DNA of 35,853 nucleotides, from positions 67,904,082 through 67,939,934 of the forward strand of contig NC_068988.1 of the NCBI RefSeq assembly GCF_001194135.2, written 5' to 3'. The notes below the pieces were generated by a model. The model was not told the DNA's origin, did no database searches, and saw only the letters and a program-made list of their open reading frames with translations. The stretch's first letter is position 1. Each line of letters begins with the position of its first letter. Positions 10,869-23,065 of this stretch are shown here, one piece after another. Both the position numbers and the translations under genes were made by a program. Origin of the DNA: Octopus bimaculoides. Its lineage: Eukaryota.

Positions 10869-11270
10869 TTCAGTCTTACAGCAGTTTCTGAGGTATTCCA
10901 GAGTGTGGGATGTTCCGTTATCGGAAACAAATAGGGAAAATGAGAAGGGTAAAGATTAATGAAATGATGAAATAGAGGACAAGAGTAAAGGAATAAGGAG
11001 GTGAAGAGAGAGAAGAAAAAAAGAAGCCTAAACATTCACAGTTCAAATTTCCGATGTTGTAGATATAAGTCGATAAGTTCTTAGGTGCAATCCTGCGTAA
11101 ATCCATAGACTTATATCTAGAACATCGGAAAGATGAACTGTGAATTTTATGCTTCTTTTTTTTATGTCATCATTTCATTAATCTATACCCTTCTCATTTT
11201 CCCTATTTGTCTCCGATGACGGAATATCCGAAACTCTGGTATATCCTAGAAACAGTTGTAAGACTTTGAA
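10869..11270. mobile_element. Fold-back / MITE-like long inverted repeat (about 400 bp)
   Basis: Outer arms 10869-10970 / 11167-11270 and inner arms 11016-11071 / 11108-11163, each roughly 85-90% complementary. There is a purine-rich insertion of about 45 nt in the left arm and a 36-nt loop. Confidence 0.75.
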
Positions 11271-11356
11271 GTGTTTCCAATAATAATAATGAATATGGCT
11301 TGGGTTGTTTGCCTTGCCTTAACGTTTGCTATCCTCTTCATATATATATATATATA

Positions 11357-11987
11357 NNNNNNNNNNNNNNNNNNNNNNNNNNNNNNNNNNNNNNNNNNNN
11401 NNNNNNNNNNNNNNNNNNNNNNNNNNNNNNNNNNNNNNNNNNNNNNNNNNNNNNNNNNNNNNNNNNNNNNNNNNNNNNNNNNNNNNNNNNNNNNNNNNNN
11501 NNNNNNNNNNNNNNNNNNNNNNNNNNNNNNNNNNNNNNNNNNNNNNNNNNNNNNNNNNNNNNNNNNNNNNNNNNNNNNNNNNNNNNNNNNNNNNNNNNNN
11601 NNNNNNNNNNNNNNNNNNNNNNNNNNNNNNNNNNNNNNNNNNNNNNNNNNNNNNNNNNNNNNNNNNNNNNNNNNNNNNNNNNNNNNNNNNNNNNNNNNNN
11701 NNNNNNNNNNNNNNNNNNNNNNNNNNNNNNNNNNNNNNNNNNNNNNNNNNNNNNNNNNNNNNNNNNNNNNNNNNNNNNNNNNNNNNNNNNNNNNNNNNNN
11801 NNNNNNNNNNNNNNNNNNNNNNNNNNNNNNNNNNNNNNNNNNNNNNNNNNNNNNNNNNNNNNNNNNNNNNNNNNNNNNNNNNNNNNNNNNNNNNNNNNNN
11901 NNNNNNNNNNNNNNNNNNNNNNNNNNNNNNNNNNNNNNNNNNNNNNNNNNNNNNNNNNNNNNNNNNNNNNNNNNNNNNNNNNNNNNN
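11357..11987. other. Assembly gap (631 N)
   Basis: N run flanked by (TA)n. Confidence 1.
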
Positions 11988-12029
11988 ATATATATATATA
12001 TATATATATAATGGATGGTCTCGTCCAAT

Positions 12030-12185
12030 GATTTGTTTATACTGCACGGGTACCACGCATCTGGTGCCGAAGTGATCGCAGAGCAAAGTGAGATGAAGTG
12101 TTTCGATCAAGAAAACAACACATCGCTCGGGTTAGAAATCAAAAGCCACAGTCTCGCGATCACGAGTGTCACAGCGTAAGCAGAT
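12030..12185 (-). mobile_element. SINE family C fragment (tRNA head plus CORE/Meta-like central domain)
   Basis: gcagagcaaagtgagatgaagtgtttcgatcaagaaaacaacacatcgc resembles 24590-24640 and 32340-32380. Confidence 0.6.
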
Positions 12186-12239
12186 AGTCATATATAGCCT
12201 ATAGTTGTTACCTATCTCTCATGCATGTATAAATATATA

Positions 12240-12383
12240 AAGGCGTAGCAGTGACTGTGTAGTAAGAAATTTGCTTCTCAACCCCAACTGTGTGGAATTT
12301 TGTGTACGTTTCTTCTACTATAGGCCCGACCAGATCAACGCCTTGTAAGTGTATTTGGTAGACGCAAATGGAAAGAAGCCCGC

Positions 12384-12387
<4 letters not shown>
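12240..12387 (+). mobile_element. SINE family B 5' half running into (TA)n
   Basis: tgtgtagtaagaaatttgcttctcaacc...cttctactataggcccgacc...gccttgtaagtgtatttggtagacgcaaatggaaagaagcccg matches 30325-30466. Confidence 0.8.
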
Positions 12388-12426
<39 letters not shown>

Positions 12427-13209
12427 NNNNNNNNNNNNNNNNNNNNNNNNNNNNNNNNNNNNNNNNNNNNNNNNNNNNNNNNNNNNNNNNNNNNNNNNNN
12501 NNNNNNNNNNNNNNNNNNNNNNNNNNNNNNNNNNNNNNNNNNNNNNNNNNNNNNNNNNNNNNNNNNNNNNNNNNNNNNNNNNNNNNNNNNNNNNNNNNNN
12601 NNNNNNNNNNNNNNNNNNNNNNNNNNNNNNNNNNNNNNNNNNNNNNNNNNNNNNNNNNNNNNNNNNNNNNNNNNNNNNNNNNNNNNNNNNNNNNNNNNNN
12701 NNNNNNNNNNNNNNNNNNNNNNNNNNNNNNNNNNNNNNNNNNNNNNNNNNNNNNNNNNNNNNNNNNNNNNNNNNNNNNNNNNNNNNNNNNNNNNNNNNNN
12801 NNNNNNNNNNNNNNNNNNNNNNNNNNNNNNNNNNNNNNNNNNNNNNNNNNNNNNNNNNNNNNNNNNNNNNNNNNNNNNNNNNNNNNNNNNNNNNNNNNNN
12901 NNNNNNNNNNNNNNNNNNNNNNNNNNNNNNNNNNNNNNNNNNNNNNNNNNNNNNNNNNNNNNNNNNNNNNNNNNNNNNNNNNNNNNNNNNNNNNNNNNNN
13001 NNNNNNNNNNNNNNNNNNNNNNNNNNNNNNNNNNNNNNNNNNNNNNNNNNNNNNNNNNNNNNNNNNNNNNNNNNNNNNNNNNNNNNNNNNNNNNNNNNNN
13101 NNNNNNNNNNNNNNNNNNNNNNNNNNNNNNNNNNNNNNNNNNNNNNNNNNNNNNNNNNNNNNNNNNNNNNNNNNNNNNNNNNNNNNNNNNNNNNNNNNNN
13201 NNNNNNNNN
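12427..13209. other. Assembly gap (783 N)
   Basis: N run flanked by (TA)n. Confidence 1.
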
Positions 13210-13959
13210 TATATATACATATATATATGAGCTTGAGAACCTGTGTGTTTCCACGTGCAGTCAAGAGTCTTTGATCTTGTGCCTGTGTGTGTTGTTGTTA
13301 GTACGTATTCGATCAGGTGTGTTTGTGTGTGTGTGTGAAAGCAATGTTTGTTTGTGCCTTAGGGTATGTGCGTTAAAAAGGCGAGGCAGTTTCCGACTTT
13401 GAAAATTGAAAGTACACAACCTGAAATAATAATTTCTATAGCTCTGGCCTATTTACAATTCTGATAACGTCACAAATCTTCCACTGTCTGGCTATAAGTA
13501 GAAAGAATCTATGGTAACATTGTCTCTCCATCTGTGCAGGTTCACACGAATTTCTGTTTCATATTGTCAATAAAATTTGTCCATACAATTTTCCCCATTA
13601 CGGCCTCTAGCAACTGGCTCTTTTGCAATAACATTTTAAAGCATCTGTTGTCATTTGTTGACAACAAACACACGATATTCTGTTTACATTTCAAAATTCT
13701 ATTACTAGAAACCAGTTTCTCTTATTAAAGACGGACCTCAAAGTAAAACAGAATGTCTGTTATTTCTTCCCGCTATTACAGAAAGATATATTGATTTTAT
13801 TTGATTCAAGTGCACATGTGTTTGCAATGGAAACAAATTAATTCATTGAATATATTCCGTTGTATTACAGGTAGTTGGTATTGCTTAGATCCAGGTCAGT
13901 TCTGCATTGGGAAATCAAAGGTCCCCAGGAAGCCAACCATGAATACCACATGTCTGTAT

Positions 13960-14109
13960 CATACACTACGAATGAGGCGAGCTGGCAGAATCTTCACCAC
14001 GTCGGGCAAAATGTCTAGCAGTATTTTGTCCGTCTTTACTTTCTGTATTCAAATTCCGCCGTGGTCTATTTTACCTATCATCATTTTGAAGTCGATAAAA
14101 TAAGTATTA
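13960..14109 (+). mobile_element. Diverged SINE family A copy plus short flank; duplicate of 16706-16855
   Basis: gctggcagaatc...ttcaaattccgccg...gtcgataaaataagta. 147/150 identical to 16706-16855. Confidence 0.9.
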
Positions 14110-14780
14110 AAGTATCTTGGTTTAATTGTAAAATGTAAAGGATTTTACAAAGAAAATACAGTGTTTTTTGAGGGATTTTCGTTGCTATTTCTATCAGGTC
14201 ATACAACAATAAAGATACTCAAAGTGTATCTAAGATGCACTTCAAATACACGGTTTAACTGTCAGAGTAAGCGGACTCCTCGGAACAGCGATTCCAGTTA
14301 AAAGTAGAAACTGTCAGGTTCACTTACTGTAGACACATTTACATCTAAACGGAAATTTTCATTGCAGTAGCAATTATTCACACAAATGTATTGACTTCCC
14401 GCCTTTTTGTTATTTGCTTTGTTTTACATATCAGCTCGAGTGACTTTAAAGGAATGTGTATTTAACGAAAATTGGCATTTAGGTCAGAATATATATCTGC
14501 AATAACTTCAAGACTCTTGAGAGTGAGCGCGCGGCTTACAGTCTATTTTATATTATTGATGAGAGCTAAATTACCACCGGAATACGATGATAGACTGTTA
14601 AAGATAACATGACATTCTTCCCAGGTAACGTCAAAATTTTCGTCATCATCAAATGCACATAGATTCAGTTGAAATGCCCGAAAACAACGAAATTTTAACA
14701 TAAGCTGTATGAACAAGTAGAGACTGCATTAAGTTATGAGGACGGACACGTTACTTAAATAGTCTGCATGTATGACATTT

Positions 14781-14781
<1 letters not shown>

Positions 14782-14828
<47 letters not shown>
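14782..14828. repeat. (AC)n microsatellite
   Basis: Directly visible. Confidence 0.95.
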
Positions 14829-14836
<8 letters not shown>

Positions 14837-14985
14837 AAAAGAAAGCGAGAGTAAGAGAATATTTCTTAATGAGGTACGAAATCAAGACAGGCAGGTTTCT
14901 GATATATCTTATAGCCTACTGAACGTTGTAACGTCATCAATAACAAAAAGTCTATTTTCATTTGGAACAGGCACAGATTTTGCAG

Positions 14986-15226
14986 NNNNNNNNNNNNNNN
15001 NNNNNNNNNNNNNNNNNNNNNNNNNNNNNNNNNNNNNNNNNNNNNNNNNNNNNNNNNNNNNNNNNNNNNNNNNNNNNNNNNNNNNNNNNNNNNNNNNNNN
15101 NNNNNNNNNNNNNNNNNNNNNNNNNNNNNNNNNNNNNNNNNNNNNNNNNNNNNNNNNNNNNNNNNNNNNNNNNNNNNNNNNNNNNNNNNNNNNNNNNNNN
15201 NNNNNNNNNNNNNNNNNNNNNNNNNN
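14986..15226. other. Assembly gap (241 N)
   Basis: N run followed by (TA)n/(ATGT)n to about 15330. Confidence 1.
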
Positions 15227-15276
<50 letters not shown>

Positions 15277-15284
15277 AATATACG

Positions 15285-15318
<34 letters not shown>

Positions 15319-16705
15319 TGTATGCATGTATGCATGTGCAATCTCGTAGTAATATAATTGTTGTTTCCTCGCAATACTATCACTTGGGTTTATTATTTCT
15401 ATTGATCCTAATACAACGGCTGTTAAAGAGAATGAAATGTATTTTGCTCGCCACAGATCAGAAAATGTTTACTGGGAAAATGGGCGGAGGTAAGTGTTAG
15501 GAAGAAATGTAACCTTCTTTATCTCCTACTTTCGCTTTTATTTCCCCCCTCATCATTTGTCTCTCTTTTCTCTCTTTTTTCTATCTCTCCCCCTCTTTCT
15601 CTGTATCTGGTCTTCGCTATCTCACTCAACCCCTCTTCTGCCCTCTGACTCAGGGAATTTACAAAAATCAATAGAACCAGCGATTAAGCAGTCCTTATCT
15701 GCTGTTCTTCCGGTAGTATAGAAATTAGATAAAATGTGAATAAATGTAAACCAATTTTGATCAGGATCCGTTGTAAAGTAAAAGAATACAAAATAGAAGA
15801 AAATAATGAGAATAATAGACAAAAGAAATATATAAATGTTATTAAGCTTGTATTTTTCGTACTATCCATTATCAACTCAACGTCTGCATTTCAACTGACA
15901 AAATATGCAGGTCCTATCGTTTCGCCAGCGCTCCACTGGGGCACAAACTGATAAAACAAAATTCTAATTACAGAATAAACTCTTACTACGCACTTATTAT
16001 CTGATACATTTTTGAATCCTACGAAACTGGTGAAAACTAAATAAATAAAACATAAATCAAAAGAATTTTTGTAGAATATTAATGTAAAATTTAATAATAA
16101 GTGACAAAGAAAACCTAATGCTTCTTGGACACTGCAAATCTGTACAGAAATCAAGAAACTGTCGTGATGTACTGTGTAATATAGGACAACAAACACAAAA
16201 ACAGTATATATCTTTAGTTAGTTTTCCTAGGTTCCAAATGATATTTCTTCTAGCCAGTATGCATTTAACGGATCCAACATAATGTTATATGGATTTTTCC
16301 AACCATAAATATATCAGTAAATCGCTTTTCCTGGATGCTATCCGACGGCAAACTTGGCGAATAAATAAAACACATGCACTATGTATAATGCGACTGATAA
16401 TGCTCACACTGCTAGAGCTGCTTTTAATTTCCTTTCATATTCGCTACGCTGCAGCACATCAGCAAATAGACTTGACTTTGTTTGCTTATAAGTCATAGAC
16501 CAGCGATTCACTTCGTTGCGAGGTGATTCGAGAACATACTATTGATAAGTCGCATTAATGACGAAATATCGGAATCTAGCATTCTCGGCATGCGAGGCGA
16601 GTTGTCTTACGTCCTGTGACATTCGATGTTTTTTAAAAATCGGCAGCGTGTAGGGAGCCTCCTCTGGACGCTAGCTCGTAGTGAATCTGGCGTATTAAGA
16701 AAACA

Positions 16706-16890
16706 CATACACTACGAATGGGGCGGGCTGGCAGAATCTTCACCACGTCGGGCAAAATGTCTAGCAGTATTTTGTCCGTCTTTACTTTCTGTATTCAAAT
16801 TCCGCCGTGGTCTATTTTACCTATTATCATTTTGAAGTCGATAAAATAAGTATTAGCTGAGCATTGGTGTCGATGTAATCGACTTGCCTG
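16706..16890 (+). mobile_element. Diverged SINE family A copy
   Basis: Near-identical to 13960-14109 and continues into ggtgtcgatgtaatcgactt, the family A 3' part. Confidence 0.9.
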
Positions 16891-17706
16891 CTGTGAGATT
16901 TTCTGCTTTGTGCGTATAGTAGAACAGATTATTAAAGTGAACACTATGTTCGTTTTTTTTGTTTCTTTTAACATTTCCTTTAACCTTATACTACGTCTTT
17001 CGGTTCACTCTAACTTCACGGAATCGTAATGAGTTTCGGGAAAATACAAGTAGGAATTCTATTTGAAATATGATACAGCAAAACTTTGATGTGTTTCTGC
17101 TGCCGAAATTAATGAATTACTTGACTGCTTCAAACCACGTAGCTTCATATTTAGAAAGGGAGACAATTTTTAATTTGTAATGTGTTACGTTGATGTTTAT
17201 AGAAATAATTCTCCCATACGGTGTTTCTCAGTTGTGAAGAGAAATTAATGTTTGGAAACTAAAAATTACTTAGATCAGCAAAGGGGATTATTTATGATAA
17301 ACAAAGATTTCCAGCATGCTTTGTATTTTGCTTACGAAAGTGTAACATATCTGCGATATTTATGTAGTAGCTATACTTTAGATCAAGCAAACCCCTATTT
17401 GCTTTTCTATTGTATGTTGAGTGCAAGAAGCTGATACATAAAATAATCTACTATTCCTGACAATACGTTTTATTCAGCCATATCTTTTACTACATCCATG
17501 GGCTGAAAAATGCATTGGGAGTGTATTTCGTGCACAGAAACTGAATGAAGCCCGTGTTATGTATATACCTAGAAGTAACACAATTTTTTATTTATTTTTG
17601 CAACCTGCACACATCACTGCTTCTCTATATTCAGTGAAGCTTTACCTTGCGCCGAATGGTTATCGACTGCTATTTCCAGCAAACAATGGTACTTCGTGTA
17701 CCACTA

Positions 17707-17739
<33 letters not shown>

Positions 17740-17741
<2 letters not shown>

Positions 17742-17815
17742 CGACTAAAAATCTTCAATGCTGTGGTGCCCTAACATGACCACACTGAAGTGACTGAAGC
17801 TAATAAAAGATGGAT
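17740..17815 (+). mobile_element. SINE family B 3' tail fragment after (TA)n
   Basis: ttcgactaaaaatcttcaa...gtggtgccctaacatgaccac...tgactgaagc..taaaaga. Confidence 0.6.
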
Positions 17816-19319
17816 AATAAAAAACATGTTTTACGTCATAAAGTATGTACATATGGGTTACCAGGAACTAAAAAAAAATTGCTGCAATGAAACACAGGGA
17901 TATTTCCGACAAAAATTTTGAAAGTGAACGAATTATATTTTGGGATAAAAACCCATGTATATATTTATATAAACACTTTTACAGCACACACATTTAAACA
18001 CCCAAACACACACACACGTATACATACATATGAAATTGGTCGTACATATTACACTTTTGTTAAAAATCTATCATGCCAATAAAAATTTGGGAAACCCAGC
18101 ACTTAAAGTTTGATAAACCAGAAGATATGTAAACTTCAAAATATGGACGCGTCACTTAGTTCTTTATATTGCTAGATTCAACGTGTGCAATTTATACCAG
18201 TATTCGAATAAATAAATAGAAAATTACGAAGTTATAAGGCGATTCTTTTTTCCTTAATTGTTTGTAGATAATTTGCTTATATATCTTATTACTATTTTGC
18301 GGTTAAAATTCCTTCAAAGCAGGCAAATTTGAATATAGTTGCATGAATTTGGCATGAGTTAGTACCTGGAAGGAAATTCTGTTAGTGTATATTAACATTT
18401 ATGTGTTCATCTTGCGAGATAATATAAGGGTTGTAGTACACCACTGTTTTAAAACTTCGGTTGGACCTAATCCAATCTTGTCTGTATTACATATTAAACA
18501 ATAACAGTGGCACACGCAAAATGTAATAAAAAAACTGTAGCCTAAACGCCTTTAAAAGTGTATAATAATGATGGGAGGCAAGGCTTAGAACGGCTAGTGA
18601 AACTGGGACACATAATCGATTTAAACGATTAAGTGAAAAACTTGACTATAGAACCACGTCCACTATTTTTAATCTATTCTTCACTCACACTCTCAAAAAC
18701 AACACGATAATAACATGTTCTATTTAACCATATACAAACATTATTAGATTTCTTCTGTACGACGTTAAGAATTATTGCTGCTACAACGATTGTGGGAATA
18801 GTAGAAGTAGTATACGAAATACTTTACTGCATCAAGTGGAGAATGTTATTGTTATAGACTGAAATCCCATTCGGGTCAATTTAGATTTTGTTTCATTCTT
18901 TATAGCGGGAATGAAGTTTCTGTAATAACCAGATTGTTGATTTAATCGACTACAACTTGCTACTGCCAAGAAGAAAAAAAGAAGAAAAATCAATCTACTG
19001 TTAAGACTAAATTTGTAGCGTTATTACATTTTACAAAATTAAGTTTCCTAATTACAAAACTTTTAATTCTTTTCTCTAAGTAGAATGAATATTCCCTAAT
19101 TGAAATCAGAAATATCTTTTAAAATTATCTCTTAATGAATTTAGAAGTACAGAAAGGGAGGGAGACATCATAGATCAGTATTTGATGAGAATAATATATT
19201 CATATATTTTATCGCTGGGCGCAGTCGTAATTATAGTCCTTGAAACATGAAGAGTTATTCAGAGAAATGTTTGTAATATCAATAATTAATCTCAAGTGAA
19301 AATGCAATTCAAGTATGCA

Positions 19320-19325
19320 TCTATC

Positions 19326-19402
<77 letters not shown>

Positions 19403-19725
19403 GTCTGGCTGGCTGGCTGGCTGTCTGGCTGTCTGTGTGTATGTGTGTCTGTCTGTTTCACACCTCTCTGTCTTTATGTATATATGTATATATATATATA
19501 TATATATATAAAATCTTCCTCTCTGTCTGTCGAATCATTTATCTACATAACCGCTATCCATCCATCCATCCATCCATTTATCCAGCTATCCATCTATCTA
19601 TCTATCTATCTATCTATCNNNNNNNNNNTATCTATCTATCTATTTATTTGCCTGTCTCTCTATCTCTCTATTTATTTACCTATCCATCTATTTATCTATT
19701 TCCTATCCTTCTATCTCTCTCACTC

Positions 19726-19756
<31 letters not shown>

Positions 19757-19800
19757 CATTTATTCTTGTATCAATCTATCTCCCTACCTGCTTGGCTATG
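19320..19800. repeat. Compound (ATCT)n/(GGCT)n/(TA)n/(ATCC)n/(CT)n microsatellite (includes a 10-N gap at 19619-19628)
   Basis: Directly visible. Confidence 0.95.
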
Positions 19801-19899
19801 TCTCATATATAAGCCCAGTGTATAAGATTCTATCAAAGAGTGAATCGATTAATCAATCGATCAATATTGGTTTCCCGCCTCTCTCTCGCTTCAAAAGAA

Positions 19900-20079
19900 A
19901 ACACACACACACACACACACACACAAACATAAATACACACACACGTACACATGTACATACAATGACAAATATATATCTATAGAGTGAGAAAGTTAGATAC
20001 ATAGAGAGATAGATAAATAGGTAGATCATAATATACATACATACATACATGCATACATAATACACACACACACATACAC

Positions 20080-20110
<31 letters not shown>
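19900..20110. repeat. (AC)n/(ATAG)n/(ATAC)n compound microsatellite
   Basis: Directly visible. Confidence 0.9.
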
Positions 20111-20457
20111 CGTAGAGCAACATATATAGAGACATAGAATTTAAAAAACGGAATTTTCGCAAAAATAGCTCTTCCTAATTTATTTATTTCTATATTTATT
20201 TATATTCTGCAAGGTGTAATAATTTCTACAAAAATAAATTAAATAATCCGTTAAGATTATTTTAAAATAGATCTATCTGATGTCGCTTAGTTGGGTATTT
20301 TTGATGTCACGACAATATCGATAACTGGTCGATAGGGAACCGATAGCTTTAACGATTAGTAATGGCGGAAATGGGTGACTTTTCCTTTCTTTGAGTAACT
20401 CATTCGCTCTCTGTTCCAACTGTTTAGTTATGGTCTATATATTCATTTGTGTTCCAG

Positions 20458-20865
<408 letters not shown>

Positions 20866-21185
20866 NNNNNNNNNNNNNNNNNNNNNNNNNNNNNNNNNNN
20901 NNNNNNNNNNNNNNNNNNNNNNNNNNNNNNNNNNNNNNNNNNNNNNNNNNNNNNNNNNNNNNNNNNNNNNNNNNNNNNNNNNNNNNNNNNNNNNNNNNNN
21001 NNNNNNNNNNNNNNNNNNNNNNNNNNNNNNNNNNNNNNNNNNNNNNNNNNNNNNNNNNNNNNNNNNNNNNNNNNNNNNNNNNNNNNNNNNNNNNNNNNNN
21101 NNNNNNNNNNNNNNNNNNNNNNNNNNNNNNNNNNNNNNNNNNNNNNNNNNNNNNNNNNNNNNNNNNNNNNNNNNNNNNNNNNNNN
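20866..21185. other. Assembly gap (320 N)
   Basis: N run flanked by (TA)n. Confidence 1.
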
Positions 21186-21216
<31 letters not shown>

Positions 21217-21744
21217 TAATCGCCACATCAATGTGGCTGTTCGATGTCACTACCGTTTTAACCCCAGGTAGATCTTCCACCAGCTGGTTATAGGTGTAGC
21301 CTGCACCTTGTACATATTGCAAGCAGGGAAGCAGACCCCTACCGTCCTTCAGCTGACGACGGGATCGTCCGACTGCTAGTTCATACATATAAATAATTAC
21401 ATAACGATGCACCAAAGGGAACTACTCTTCCGACCATTTTCCGGGCATTTTATCTATCTATCCATCTATCTGTTTGTCTGTCTAGCTATCTGTATATATA
21501 TATACATATTCAAGACATTTCATCCGATCTTTGGCAATGTTACCAATTCCTCACGCTCCTTCGCTCTGGACCAGTACTTCCTGGTTATCGACCCTCAAAA
21601 GATGAAAGCTAAGGGTGTTATTTGATCTTGGGGTCCAGAAAACTAGCAAAAGTATTTCCAGTCAGTTTGTTTTTATTTTATACTCTAACGGTTCTGCCAG
21701 GTATACACGGGTGTCATACGAGAGATACATATCCAAATATGTGC

Positions 21745-21747
<3 letters not shown>

Positions 21748-21816
<69 letters not shown>
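21748..21816. repeat. (CT)n microsatellite
   Basis: Directly visible. Confidence 0.95.
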
Positions 21817-21980
21817 NNNNNNNNNNNNNNNNNNNNNNNNNNNNNNNNNNNNNNNNNNNNNNNNNNNNNNNNNNNNNNNNNNNNNNNNNNNNNNNNNNNN
21901 NNNNNNNNNNNNNNNNNNNNNNNNNNNNNNNNNNNNNNNNNNNNNNNNNNNNNNNNNNNNNNNNNNNNNNNNNNNNNNNN
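21817..21980. other. Assembly gap (164 N)
   Basis: N run. Confidence 1.
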
Positions 21981-22469
21981 TATATATATATATATATATA
22001 TACATATATCTATGCATATGATGTATGCATATGTCTATATCTATGGTTGTCTATGTATCTATTTAACTATCTGTCTAATATATATGTGCATGTGTGTTTG
22101 TGTATTTGTGCTTGCGTTTATGTCTCTTTGTCGACAAGCTTCCCAAATGTTTTTCTTGTAAAACAATGATGACAATACACACCTTTTTGTTTTCTAACGT
22201 AATAGATACATTAAAGCTATTCATTACCGTCTCTCTATATACGAACTATATACACGAAACACTGGAAATCAATGATACGCTATTTAATTGCTTTTCGTAT
22301 TTGCTTTCAGAAATGGAAGACCTCTCGTGAGAGCGAAGGTCAGTTAACAAGCGACAGCCTTCAATTGAAAACTAAGTTAACGTTTTTTGATTGAATTGCC
22401 ATACAATGTTACAATGATAAGTTTGTGTTGTGATATGATTACCTATTTAATGTCGGTTGGTTTGCAATA

Positions 22470-22610
22470 TCATTAGATGGTCGGGATAAAGTTTTTGCAG
22501 TATTTCGTTAGGACACTTCGCGTTCTGAATTCAAATTCCACTGTGGTAAAATATGCTTTTTATTCCATTCAAAGTAAATAAAATAAGGTTCCTGTTAAGT
22601 TCTGCGATCG
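22470..22610 (+). mobile_element. Degraded SINE family A
   Basis: gtatttcgtt...cgttctgaattcaaattccactgtggt. Confidence 0.55.
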
Positions 22611-22664
22611 ATTTATTTTCCTGCAATGACTTCTAGAAGTTAACTGGATTGTAATACAACTAAA

Positions 22665-23065
22665 ATAAAAAGAATGGACAGCTTGCAATTCGCATGCTTG
22701 AGGAGAATACACGAAATCAGGTGGCTGCAAAGACCCGAAATGATACAGTTGAGATGACAATGCGCCTCAACAAGATCAGTGACGAAATAAGACTTCGACG
22801 CTGGAACTGGGTTGGACATGTCCTCAGACAAAATCGAGAAAGCGATTGGTGGTATGGTGGTACTATATCGCAGCATTGAGAGAATAAGACCAGCAGAGTT
22901 CCCTAAAATCACATACTGAAGGATCATTGACAAGGAAAGGATACGAGGATGATGAAGAAGCAGAACAGTGGTAAAAAACAGAGCTGGCTGGAGAGATCAC
23001 ATTGCGTCTCAGATCGCATCTGCCTCATGGCACGCGGAGAACTAGCTACCAAATAAGAGCTGTAA
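22665..23065 (+). mobile_element. RTE-clade non-LTR retrotransposon, ORF2 C-terminal fossil
   Basis: Frames read RMDSLQFACLRRIHEIRWLQ, then ISDEIRLRRWNWVGHVLRQ, then degraded W-R-D-H-I-A and ...CLMARGE. This matches the RTE tail pattern (CLRRIL.I.W...EIR.RRW.WIGHVLR...W...V.ALC). Confidence 0.8.

Noticed and set aside
13550-13733. About 59-codon minus frame (…NRILKCKQNIVCLLSTNDNRCFKMLLQKSQLLEAVMGKIVWTNFIDNMKQKFV*) with a vague death-fold look
   Set aside because: The similarity is too weak. Open frames of 50-60 codons are expected by chance many times in this much sequence.
13782-13840. KDILILFDSS peptide after an acceptor, resembling a vWA domain start
   Set aside because: It stops after 19 codons, has no good donor, and no further vWA sequence was seen.
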